Below, piece by piece: positions 34,910-42,191 of a stretch of 42,191 nt of DNA. The first letter of the stretch is position 1. Every line of letters begins with the position of its first letter. Below the pieces are notes generated by a model. That model had not been told where the DNA came from. It worked only from the letters and a program-made list of their open reading frames with translations, and did not search any database. The DNA lies in assembly GCA_024403095.1 (NCBI GenBank), contig JAKSSN010000001.1:1-42191 (forward strand), read 5' to 3'. The position numbers and the translations under genes are program-made. The stretch comes from Oscillospiraceae bacterium (GTDB lineage Bacteria > Bacillota > Clostridia > Oscillospirales > Oscillospiraceae).

Positions 34910-36853
34910 TTATTCCAGTTCAAATGCGCCGGTATACAGCTGGTAGTATACGCCCTTGGCAGCAATCAGTTCCTCGTGGCTTCCTCGTTCAATAATGCGC
35001 CCGTGGTCAAGAACCATGATGATATCGCTGTTCATAACCGTGGAAAGGCGGTGTGCGATCACAAATACGGTTCTGCCTTCCATCAGTTTGTCCATGCCGC
35101 GCTGTACAATGGCCTCGGTTCGAGTGTCGATTGAGGAGGTTGCTTCGTCCAGGATCATTACCGGGGGATCTGCAACCGCCGCACGGGCAATGGCGATCAG
35201 CTGGCGCTGACCCTGCGAAAGATTAGAGCCGTTATTGCTCAGCAGCGTATTGTATCCTTGGGGCAGGCGGGAAATAAATCCATCTGCTCCGGCCAGCTTT
35301 GCAGCCGCAATGCACTCCTCGTCGCTGGCATCCAGATTACCGTAGCGGATATTGTCCATTACCGTTCCGGTGAACAGGTTGGTCTCCTGCAGAACAATGC
35401 CCAGCGAACGGCGAAGGTCGTGCTTTTTGATCTTGTTCACGTTAATGCCGTCGTATCGGATCTTGCCGTCAGCAATGTCGTAATAGCGGTTGATGAGGTT
35501 GGTGATTGTGGTCTTGCCTGCTCCAGTTGCGCCAACAAAGGCAACCTTCTGCCCCGGCTCAGCAAAAACCGTAACATCCTGCAGCACCGTTTTGCCCTCC
35601 ACGTAGGCAAAGTCCACATCTGTGAGGCGAACGTCGCCCTTCAGTTCCGTATAAGTCAGAGTTCCATCGCCGTGGGGGTGGCGCCATGCCCACTTACCTG
35701 TGTGTTCTTCGGTTTCTGTAATACTGCCGTCTTCGCTGATGTTTGCGTTAACCAGAGTTACATAGCCTTCGTCTGTTTCGGCCTGCTCATCCATCAGGCT
35801 GTACACACGAGTGGCACCGGCACCGGCCATGATAATCATATTCATGTTTTGAGCAAGCGTATTGATGTTGCCCGTGAACTGCTTGGTCATGTTCATAAAA
35901 GGTACAAGAATGGTAACATCAAAGATCTTGCCCGAAAGGCTGAGGCTGGGAGCATGGGTAAGGATCAGCACGCCGCCCACCAGCGCAATAAGAGTGTAGA
36001 GAATGTTGCCAATATTGCCGATGATGGGGCCAAGCGCATTTGCATAGGCGTTTGCCTTGCTGCTCACCTCGTACAGCTCGTTATTAACACGGTCGAACTC
36101 TTCAATACTCTGCTCCTCGTGGCAGAACACCTTAACCACTTTAATGCCGTTCATCATTTCCTGCACGTTGCCCTCTGTAGCAGCGATTGCTTTCTGCTGC
36201 TGCAGGAAGAAGCGTGCGGAGAAGCCGCCGAACTTGCCGGATACCATAACCATTGCCGCAACGCCAACCAGCAGCACCAGCGTGAGCCAGATGCTGAAAT
36301 AAAGCATGATTGCAAAAGCGGTAAGCAGCACCGCAGAGGACTGAATAATGGTGGGGATCGCCTGGCTGACCAGCATACGCAGGGTGTCGATATCGTTGGT
36401 GTAGTGGCTCATGATATCGCCGTGCTTGTGGGTATCAAAATAACGGATGGGCAGATCCTGCATGCCGCCAAACAGCTCGCAGCGCATTTTGTTCATAAAG
36501 CCTTGGGTCATAACCGCCATGATCTGGGTGTAGGTGGTAACACTGATGAGGGAGAGGATATACAGGCTCACCAGAACTGCCAGATAACGCAGGATCTCCG
36601 GCCGGGCTGCAGCCCAGTCGCCGGTTTCCATCCACTTGGTCACAACCGCCAGTATTTTCTGAATAAACAGGCTGGGAATGGCAGAAACGATTGCGCTGAA
36701 GAGAATGCACACAATGGTAAGCGGTGCCAGCACCGGGTAGAATCCAAACAGTTTTTTCACGGTGCGCAGAATGGAGGCTCCGTTCTGCTTCAGGTTTCCT
36801 CTTGGGCCAGGCATGTGAGGTGCAGCATTGCTGCTTTTTTTCTTATTCTTCAT
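34910..36853 (-). CDS. ABC exporter half-transporter (TMD-NBD), consensus-site partner
   Basis: Walker A GATGAGKTT, Walker B VMILDEATS, H-loop VIAHRLS, but a deviant signature NLSQGQRQ. The ATG at 36853 follows GGAGGTG. 11-nt overlap with the upstream partner. Confidence 0.92.
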   Translation of the reverse strand: MKNKKKSSNAAPHMPGPRGNLKQNGASILRTVKKLFGFYPVLAPLTIVCILFSAIVSAIPSLFIQKILAVVTKWMETGDWAAARPEILRYLAVLVSLYILSLISVTTYTQIMAVMTQGFMNKMRCELFGGMQDLPIRYFDTHKHGDIMSHYTNDIDTLRMLVSQAIPTIIQSSAVLLTAFAIMLYFSIWLTLVLLVGVAAMVMVSGKFGGFSARFFLQQQKAIAATEGNVQEMMNGIKVVKVFCHEEQSIEEFDRVNNELYEVSSKANAYANALGPIIGNIGNILYTLIALVGGVLILTHAPSLSLSGKIFDVTILVPFMNMTKQFTGNINTLAQNMNMIIMAGAGATRVYSLMDEQAETDEGYVTLVNANISEDGSITETEEHTGKWAWRHPHGDGTLTYTELKGDVRLTDVDFAYVEGKTVLQDVTVFAEPGQKVAFVGATGAGKTTITNLINRYYDIADGKIRYDGINVNKIKKHDLRRSLGIVLQETNLFTGTVMDNIRYGNLDASDEECIAAAKLAGADGFISRLPQGYNTLLSNNGSNLSQGQRQLIAIARAAVADPPVMILDEATSSIDTRTEAIVQRGMDKLMEGRTVFVIAHRLSTVMNSDIIMVLDHGRIIERGSHEELIAAKGVYYQLYTGAFELE

Positions 36854-38594
36854 CGCCGTCACCTCCGTTCGTCTGCTGTTCATAGATCTCGCGGTAGATC
36901 TGGTTGTTTTCCAGCAGCTGTGCGTGGGTGCCGCTGTCCACTACTGCGCCGTTATCCAAAATCAGGATAAGGTCTGCATCCAGCACAGAAGCCACACGCT
37001 GGGCAATAATGATCTTGGTAGTTTCGGGAATGTATTCCCTAAACCCCTTGCGGATGAGCGCATCGGTTTTGGTATCCACCGCGCTGGTGGAGTCGTCCAG
37101 GATCAGGATCTTCGGTTTTTTCAGCAGAGCTCTGGCAATGCACAGGCGCTGCTTCTGGCCGCCGGAAACATTGGTGCCGCCCTGCTCAATATGGGTGTTA
37201 TACCCTTCGGGGAAAGACTGCACAAACTCATCTGCCTGAGCCAGCCGGCAAGCCTGAATAATCTCCTCATCCGTGGCATCGGGGTTACCCCACTTAAGGT
37301 TATCACGAATTGTGCCGGAGAACAGTTCGTTTTTCTGCAGTACCACAGCCACCTGGTTGCGCAGAACGGTCATGTCATAATCTTTCACATCCACGCCGCC
37401 CACAAGCACACTGCCCTCGGTGGCATCATACAGGCGCGAAATCAGCTGGATCAGCGTTGTCTTGCTGCTGCCCGTGCCGCCCAGAACACCAACCGTCATG
37501 CCGGAATCGATATGCAGGTTCACATTGCGCAGGGCAAAGCTCTCTGCTTTGGCGGAATACTTAAAGGATACATCTTTAAAATCAATGCTTCCGTCCTTCA
37601 CTTCCATCACTGGTTCCGCCGGGCTGGAAAGGCTGGGCTCTTCCTGCAGCACTTCCGCCACACGCTTCATGGATTCGGAAGACATGGTAAGCATTACATA
37701 CACCATGCTCAGCATCATCAGGCTCATCAGGATCTGCATGCCGTAAGTGAGCATTGCCGAGATCTGCCCCACATCCAGTGCACGGCCGCCGGTGCTGATG
37801 ATCATTTTGGAACCGACCCAAAGCACAAACGTCATGTTGAAAAACAGGCACAGCTGCATCAGGGGCGAATTCAGAGAAACGATTCTGTCCGCTCTTGTGA
37901 AATCACGGGCCACATTGCCGCTGGCGGCAGAGAACTTATTTTTTTCATAGTCTTCACGGGAGAATCCCTTTACTACGCGCATCGCCCGCACGTTTTCTTC
38001 AATGGATTCATTCAGCCGGTCATACTTTTTGAACACAGCATGAAAGGCAGGCATGGCCTTTCGGCCAATCATCAGCAGGCCGCCCACCATTACCGGAATG
38101 ATCACCACAAAGGTTGTCGCCAGTTTGCCGCCCATAATAAACGCCATGATAATGGAAAACATCAGCATCAGCGGGGCGCGTACTGCAATACGGATCATCA
38201 TCTGGAATGCCATGGCAATGTTGGCAATATCCGTTGTCATTCGGGTAACAAGTGACGCAGAAGAGAACTTATCGATGTTTTCAAACGAAAAGCTCTGCAC
38301 CCGTGCAAAGATATCGTGCCGCAGGTTGCGGGAAAAGCCGGCACCGGCCTTTGCGCTGAAAAAGCCCGCGGAGGTACCGCAGGTCAGCGACACAGCTGCC
38401 AGCACAACAATGAGCCCTCCGGTACGCAGCAGGTCCCCCATTTCCACGCCGCTGCGGATGGTGTTGATCAGATTTGCGGTGATAAAGGGAATTAAAACCT
38501 CGATCACAACTTCCCCGATAATAAACAAAACCGTTAATATAGCGGGAAGCCTGAATTCACGAATGCTGCGAATCAGCAACTTTAAATTCTTCAA
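36843..38594 (-). CDS. ABC exporter half-transporter (TMD-NBD), degenerate-site partner
   Basis: Walker A GGTGSSKTT, canonical signature VSGGQKQR, Walker B ILILDDSTS (Asp in place of the catalytic Glu), H-loop IIAQRV (Gln in place of His). The TTG at 38594 is preceded by GGAAGGAAG. The track ATG at 38657 has no SD. Confidence 0.9.
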   Translation of the reverse strand: MKNLKLLIRSIREFRLPAILTVLFIIGEVVIEVLIPFITANLINTIRSGVEMGDLLRTGGLIVVLAAVSLTCGTSAGFFSAKAGAGFSRNLRHDIFARVQSFSFENIDKFSSASLVTRMTTDIANIAMAFQMMIRIAVRAPLMLMFSIIMAFIMGGKLATTFVVIIPVMVGGLLMIGRKAMPAFHAVFKKYDRLNESIEENVRAMRVVKGFSREDYEKNKFSAASGNVARDFTRADRIVSLNSPLMQLCLFFNMTFVLWVGSKMIISTGGRALDVGQISAMLTYGMQILMSLMMLSMVYVMLTMSSESMKRVAEVLQEEPSLSSPAEPVMEVKDGSIDFKDVSFKYSAKAESFALRNVNLHIDSGMTVGVLGGTGSSKTTLIQLISRLYDATEGSVLVGGVDVKDYDMTVLRNQVAVVLQKNELFSGTIRDNLKWGNPDATDEEIIQACRLAQADEFVQSFPEGYNTHIEQGGTNVSGGQKQRLCIARALLKKPKILILDDSTSAVDTKTDALIRKGFREYIPETTKIIIAQRVASVLDADLILILDNGAVVDSGTHAQLLENNQIYREIYEQQTNGGDGDEE

Positions 38595-38753
38595 ATAAGC
38601 ACTTCCTTCCTGTGCAATTCCTATACAGCATAAATTATATAGCCCCTTTCTCTGCATTTCAAGGTATGCCGATGCTGTATATTCACCAATCTTTTCCCGA
38701 ATTTATACACTTTCATGCGCCATTTAAACAATTCTTCACATAGAATTTAATTG

Positions 38754-38782
38754 TTCACTTTTCCTTCAAAAAGCAATATAAT
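38754..38782 (+). promoter_or_regulatory. sigma-A promoter for the LOG-family gene cluster
   Basis: TTCACT (38754-38759), 17-nt spacer, TATAAT (38777-38782). Confidence 0.45.
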
Positions 38783-38814
38783 ACCCGTGTTATTATCCAT
38801 CAGGAGGGCTCATC

Positions 38815-39402
38815 ATGAACATCTGCATCTACGGTGCATCCGGCGACAACATCGCTCCCGTCTTTTTTGCCCAAGCCGAGCAGCTTGGCACCGCCATTGC
38901 CGCACGGGGCCACACGTTGGTATTCGGCGGCGGTAAAACCGGCCTGATGGGCGCCTGTGCCCGCGGCGTAAGCGCAGGCGGCGGCCGCATCATCGGCATT
39001 GCTCCCCGCTTTTTCGATGAACCCGGCGTGCTGTATGAAGCCTGCACGGAAATGATCTACACCGAAAGCATGCGCGAGCGCAAATTTCTGATGGAGGAAA
39101 AAAGCGATGCTTTCATCGTTCTCCCCGGCGGCATCGGCACCTTTGAAGAGTTTTTTGAAACCCTCACACTCAACCAGCTGGGGCGGATGAGTAAGCCCAT
39201 TGTTCTGTACAACACCGCCGGCTATTACGACCGGATGCTGGCGCTGCTGACCTATACGGCAGATACCAAATTCATGAGTGCTTCTGTGCAGGAACTGTAT
39301 TCTGTTGCCTCCACCCCGGAGGAAGCAATGGAAGCCATCCGTGTTTTTGTTCCCATCAGCCAGGACGATGCTATGCAGCGCATGACAACTTATAACAAAT
39401 AA
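38815..39402 (+). CDS. LOG-family (TIGR00730) nucleotide 5'-monophosphate nucleosidase-like protein
   Basis: GGGKTGLMG and PGGIGTFEEFFE are signature motifs of the lysine-decarboxylase-like/LOG fold. AGGAGGG SD. Confidence 0.88.
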   Translation: MNICIYGASGDNIAPVFFAQAEQLGTAIAARGHTLVFGGGKTGLMGACARGVSAGGGRIIGIAPRFFDEPGVLYEACTEMIYTESMRERKFLMEEKSDAFIVLPGGIGTFEEFFETLTLNQLGRMSKPIVLYNTAGYYDRMLALLTYTADTKFMSASVQELYSVASTPEEAMEAIRVFVPISQDDAMQRMTTYNK

Positions 39403-39418
39403 GAAAAGGGTACGAACT

Positions 39419-39655
39419 ATGGACCTGAGTAATATCAGCAAACTTATGACCCTCCGGCAGGCATGGGACACTTTCCGCGGCAATCATCCGCGTTTTCCTG
39501 ATTTTCTTAAGGATGTGAGCCGCAAAGGGATCCCCGAAGGCAGTGAAGTTCTCATCAGTGTCACCTGGCCAGACGGAGAAACGAAAAAAGCCGGTATAAA
39601 AGTGCGCGCCTCCGACCTGGAGCTGATTGAGCTGCTGAAGTCGATGAACGGCTGA
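39419..39655 (+). CDS. hypothetical small protein (78 aa)
   Basis: ORF lies 16 nt after the LOG stop with AAAGGG upstream. Codon usage resembles its neighbours. I do not recognise a family. Confidence 0.55.
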   Translation: MDLSNISKLMTLRQAWDTFRGNHPRFPDFLKDVSRKGIPEGSEVLISVTWPDGETKKAGIKVRASDLELIELLKSMNG

Positions 39656-39736
39656 ATCAGAAAACTTCCTTGCATTTTAAACGCAAAAGATTTATCCTGT
39701 ACAAAATAGTTATCAATCAAAGGACCTTTTTTCACT

Positions 39737-40609
39737 ATGCAATTCAAAGCCATCTCGTCCGACGATGTTGAGCTTCTGCGGCCGTTTTTCAGCGGTCTTT
39801 CCACCAACACCTGCGACCTTACCCCCGGCGTAGTCTTCATGTGGCACGGCCTGCTGAACATGGAGTATGCCATAGAAGACAATGTTCTTTATACCCGCCT
39901 CCGCGATATGGAGGGAAATCGCTGTTACTTCACTCCCCTTGCAAGGGACCTCACCGCTGCTCTTAAGCATCTGGCATCCCAGGAGCCGCATCCCCTGCGC
40001 TTCAACACTGTGCCCAAGGAGTTGCTTCCTTATTTCGAAGCTGCCGGCCTGAATATGCAGGCCGAAGATGTACGCCGCAGTTTTGATTACATCTATGCCG
40101 CCGAGGACCTTTCCACCATGCGCGGCAAGCGCTACAGCGGCCAGCGCAACCAGATCAGTCAGCTGAACCGTGCCCGCTCCGATATCCGCTTTGAGGCGAT
40201 TACCGACGCCAACCTCTCCCAGGTGGTTGATTTCTTCACCAACTCCTACACGGCCTCCACCGGCCATGGCGACGGCGCCGATGTGGAAAACGCCCTGGTG
40301 CTGGAGATCCTCACCCATCTGGAACATTATCATATGTTTGGCGACACTCTGATTGCCGATGGCCAGGTCATCGGTTTCGCCGTGGGCGAGATTCTGGGCA
40401 ACACCCTGTTTGTTCACATTGAAAAGGCAGACCGAAATCTGCACGGCGCCTACCAGAGCATGGTAAAGCTGTTTGCTGAAAAGCACACCGGCGGCCCCGT
40501 GCAATGGGTGAACCGCGAGGATGATGCCGGCGACCCCGGCTTACGCACCGCAAAGCTTGCCTTGCACCCCCACCACATGGCAGAAAAATGCCAGGTGATT
40601 TTGGGTTAA
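39737..40609 (+). CDS. DUF2156-family protein (MprF C-terminal lysyl-PG-synthase-like GNAT fold)
   Basis: FDYIYAAEDLSTMRGKRYSGQRNQISQL, FVHIEKADRNLHGAYQ and VNREDDAGDPGLRTAKL match the DUF2156 pattern as I recall it. Confidence 0.75.
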   Translation: MQFKAISSDDVELLRPFFSGLSTNTCDLTPGVVFMWHGLLNMEYAIEDNVLYTRLRDMEGNRCYFTPLARDLTAALKHLASQEPHPLRFNTVPKELLPYFEAAGLNMQAEDVRRSFDYIYAAEDLSTMRGKRYSGQRNQISQLNRARSDIRFEAITDANLSQVVDFFTNSYTASTGHGDGADVENALVLEILTHLEHYHMFGDTLIADGQVIGFAVGEILGNTLFVHIEKADRNLHGAYQSMVKLFAEKHTGGPVQWVNREDDAGDPGLRTAKLALHPHHMAEKCQVILG

Positions 40610-40622
40610 ATATTCTGGAAGC

Positions 40623-40652
40623 AACCGGTACCTAAGGTACCGGTTCTTTTTT
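40623..40652 (+). terminator. intrinsic terminator after the DUF2156 gene
   Basis: AACCGGTACC-taa-GGTACCGGTT followed by CTTTTTT. Confidence 0.85.
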
Positions 40653-40712
40653 GTATAAGCAGGCAATTTCCTGTCCTCTTTGTTTCAGCTTAAGCAGAAG
40701 GTGTATTCCTCG

Positions 40713-40741
40713 TTGATTTTCTTTTTGGGGCGCCGTATAAT
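40713..40741 (+). promoter_or_regulatory. sigma-A promoter for the AEC transporter gene
   Basis: TTGATT (40713-40718), 17-nt spacer, TATAAT (40736-40741). Confidence 0.55.
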
Positions 40742-40774
40742 ATTTGCGTTATTTCATTTTTCCGGAGGTACCTT

Positions 40775-41707
40775 ATGGCAATCGTAACCGCCATGTGCAA
40801 GCTGCTGTTCTGTATGGCAATTGGTTTTTTTTGCTATAAAAAAGAACATCTGACTCTTTCTGCCAACAGCTCCATCAGCAAGCTGATCACTATGTTCTTT
40901 AATCCCTGCCTGATCCTTTACAGCATTTCCACGGTTGACACCGGCAACGACAGGCTTGTTTTGTCCGTGCTGCTTGCCAGCTTTGCCTGCTATGCAGCTT
41001 TTATCCTGATTGGCTGGCTGTTTACAAAGCTGTTCCGCATTCGTGTTGGCCTGCAGGGCGTTTATATGTGCTGCATCATTTTTGCCAACTGCGGGTTTAT
41101 GGGCATGCCCGTTGCTCAGTCGCTGTATGGCGACAGCGCCATCTTTTATGTTGCCGTGTTCATCATTCCGTTTAACCTTATTTTCTACACCCTCGGTCTC
41201 TCCCTGATTGAGAAGGACTCCTCTGCCAACACCGGAAACATCACCAAAGTTCATTTCGACGCCAAAAAGCTGATCAACCCCGGTTCTGTAGCTTCGCTCG
41301 CCGCATTGCTGATCTATTTTGGCCGGCTCCCCATTCCCTCACTGTTCTTTACCTGCGTAGGCTTTGTAGGCAATGTTACTATGCCCCTTTCTATGATCTC
41401 AATTGGTGCAAGCCTTGCCGCCGCCTCCTTTAAGGACGTTAAGGGTGAACGTTCCCTGCTCCCCATGCTTCTGTTCCGCCTGGCTGTTATACCGGCTTTT
41501 ACCTGGTGTTTCCTGCACCTGTTCATCAAGGACCCCGTAGTGCTTAACATCTGTGCCATCACTTCCGGCATGCCGGTGGGCGCTCTTGTAGCCATGGGCT
41601 CTTCCCAGTGGCCGGAACAGTACCGTGTTTCCAGCATGTGCGTAGCGATCAGTACGCTGGTCTCCATCTTCACCGTGCCTGTAATGACGCTGCTGATGGG
41701 TGCCTGA
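40775..41707 (+). CDS. AEC-family (auxin efflux carrier-like) transporter
   Basis: 310-aa polytopic protein. The N-terminal pattern LLFCMAIGFFCYKK...ISKLITMFFNPCLI is typical of Mem_trans/AEC permeases. GGAGGT SD. Confidence 0.82.
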   Translation: MAIVTAMCKLLFCMAIGFFCYKKEHLTLSANSSISKLITMFFNPCLILYSISTVDTGNDRLVLSVLLASFACYAAFILIGWLFTKLFRIRVGLQGVYMCCIIFANCGFMGMPVAQSLYGDSAIFYVAVFIIPFNLIFYTLGLSLIEKDSSANTGNITKVHFDAKKLINPGSVASLAALLIYFGRLPIPSLFFTCVGFVGNVTMPLSMISIGASLAAASFKDVKGERSLLPMLLFRLAVIPAFTWCFLHLFIKDPVVLNICAITSGMPVGALVAMGSSQWPEQYRVSSMCVAISTLVSIFTVPVMTLLMGA

Positions 41708-41838
41708 TAGATTGGCGCAACATATTATGTTAACCGTCTGCAGCTTTTGAGATACGATCTGCTGCAGTTAAAATTGAAAAGCCCGTGAATAATGCACCGG
41801 CTTCCATTTAACTATAACTAATAAAGGAGAATTATACC

Positions 41839-42108
41839 ATGGACCAGTTTGAAGAATACGAAGTAGAAACCATTATTGCCCAGGAAGAAGACGGCAGCGA
41901 AACCGAATACGCCGTTCTGGATAAATTTGAGTACGAAGGCAAGAACTATACCATTCTTGCAGTAGTGGAAAACGAAGAGATCAGCGAGGATGAATACCTG
42001 TTCACCTACGAAGAAGAAGATGGTGAAATGGTTATTTCCAGCGTGGAAGATGAAGAAGAATTTAACCGCGTAAGCGCCTACTACGACAGTCTTGGCTGCG
42101 AGGAATAA
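41839..42108 (+). CDS. DUF1292-family small acidic protein
   Basis: EDGSETEYAVLDKFEYEGKNYTILAVVENEE...EEEFNRVSAYYDSL is the DUF1292 pattern. AAGGAG SD. Confidence 0.85.
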   Translation: MDQFEEYEVETIIAQEEDGSETEYAVLDKFEYEGKNYTILAVVENEEISEDEYLFTYEEEDGEMVISSVEDEEEFNRVSAYYDSLGCEE

Positions 42109-42124
42109 TCGAATAAGCGTGCAG

Positions 42125-42169
42125 GAACAGCCCGCCGCAGGATGAATGCGGCGGGCTGTTCTTTATTTT
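42125..42169 (+). terminator. intrinsic terminator after the DUF1292 gene
   Basis: 14-bp GC-rich stem GAACAGCCCGCCGC / GCGGCGGGCTGTTC followed by TTTATTTT. Confidence 0.88.
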
Positions 42170-42177
42170 CATGTTCA

Positions 42178-42190
42178 GTTTACGTAATTT
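42178..42190 (+). repeat. second copy of the 13-mer GTTTACGTAATTT
   Basis: Identical to 31616-31628. The flanking TTCATGTTCA also resembles TTCACGTTCGTG at the first copy. The window ends here. Confidence 0.8.
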
Positions 42191-42191
42191 T

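Noticed and set aside
35258-38255. Very long + strand ORFs (570 aa at 35258..36970 and 475 aa at 36828..38255) opposite the ABC exporter genes
   Set aside because: Both lie in the codon-aligned antisense frame of genes with complete ABC motifs. They are His/Gln/Ala/Gly-rich, with no SD and no domain signatures. Long stop-free antisense frames are expected from the codon bias of the sense genes.
38800-40504. 227-aa and 263-aa minus-strand ORFs opposite the LOG and DUF2156 genes
   Set aside because: The + strand ORFs carry the family signature motifs and SDs. The minus-strand ORFs are Ala/Gly/His-rich shadows.
1-42191. Search by eye for mobile elements, prophage, toxin-antitoxin pairs, CRISPR arrays, tRNA/rRNA genes and known defence genes
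   Set aside because: I found none of the following:
- transposase, integrase or recombinase motifs
- terminal inverted repeats flanking a gene block
- direct-repeat/spacer arrays
- cloverleaf-like segments in the intergenic gaps
Every gap larger than 100 nt is accounted for by promoters, leaders or terminators.

Overview
This is a gene-dense, housekeeping chromosomal segment from a Firmicute of the class Clostridia. That placement rests on gene content and order: rnfCDGEAB, ecfA1-ecfA2-ecfT-truA, leader-controlled infC-rpmI-rplT, and DUF1292/DUF4250 genes. I call 42 protein-coding genes. Two are absent from the ORF track: a 3'-truncated gap gene at the left edge and a 58-aa DUF4250 gene that overlaps the malQ stop. 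Gene starts were re-placed wherever a Shine-Dalgarno sequence supports an internal or TTG start. Most operon ends carry clear, often bidirectional, intrinsic terminators. Several near-consensus sigma-A promoters are visible. By eye I found no rRNA, tRNA, CRISPR array, transposase, integrase, phage gene or recognisable defence gene.

Gene order:
- Left third: gap, hemZ-like, carD-like, GH13 alpha-glucosidase with ispE, glpK with a HAD-IIA phosphatase, and rplT-rpmI-infC.
- Middle: deoC, rhomboid, an atypical Clp ATPase, cvpA, truA, the ECF module, a SAM methyltransferase, a GATase, apt, a phosphoglucomutase, degV, dapF, an rluA-family gene, DUF4250 and malQ.
- Right third: the rnf operon, a PQQ-like beta-propeller surface protein, a DUF3810 protein, a heterodimeric ABC exporter, a LOG-family gene, a 78-aa ORF, DUF2156, an AEC transporter and DUF1292.

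I do not see compelling evidence for a wholly new system. The candidates most worth a second look are:
1. A tightly packed cvpA / zinc-ribbon Clp-Hsp100 ATPase / minimal rhomboid unit. The ATPase has lost the canonical Clp N-domain in favour of a McsA/ClpX-like C4 zinc ribbon.
2. The unusually long (556 bp), AT-rich and motif-laden divergent region between rnfC and the beta-propeller gene. It holds a Rex/CRP-type palindrome, CTGCTT repeats, an 11-bp perfect inverted repeat, and a 13-mer that recurs at the right window edge.
3. A translationally coupled glpK / HAD-IIA kinase-phosphatase pair.

All functional assignments come from motif and family recognition by eye. No searches were run.
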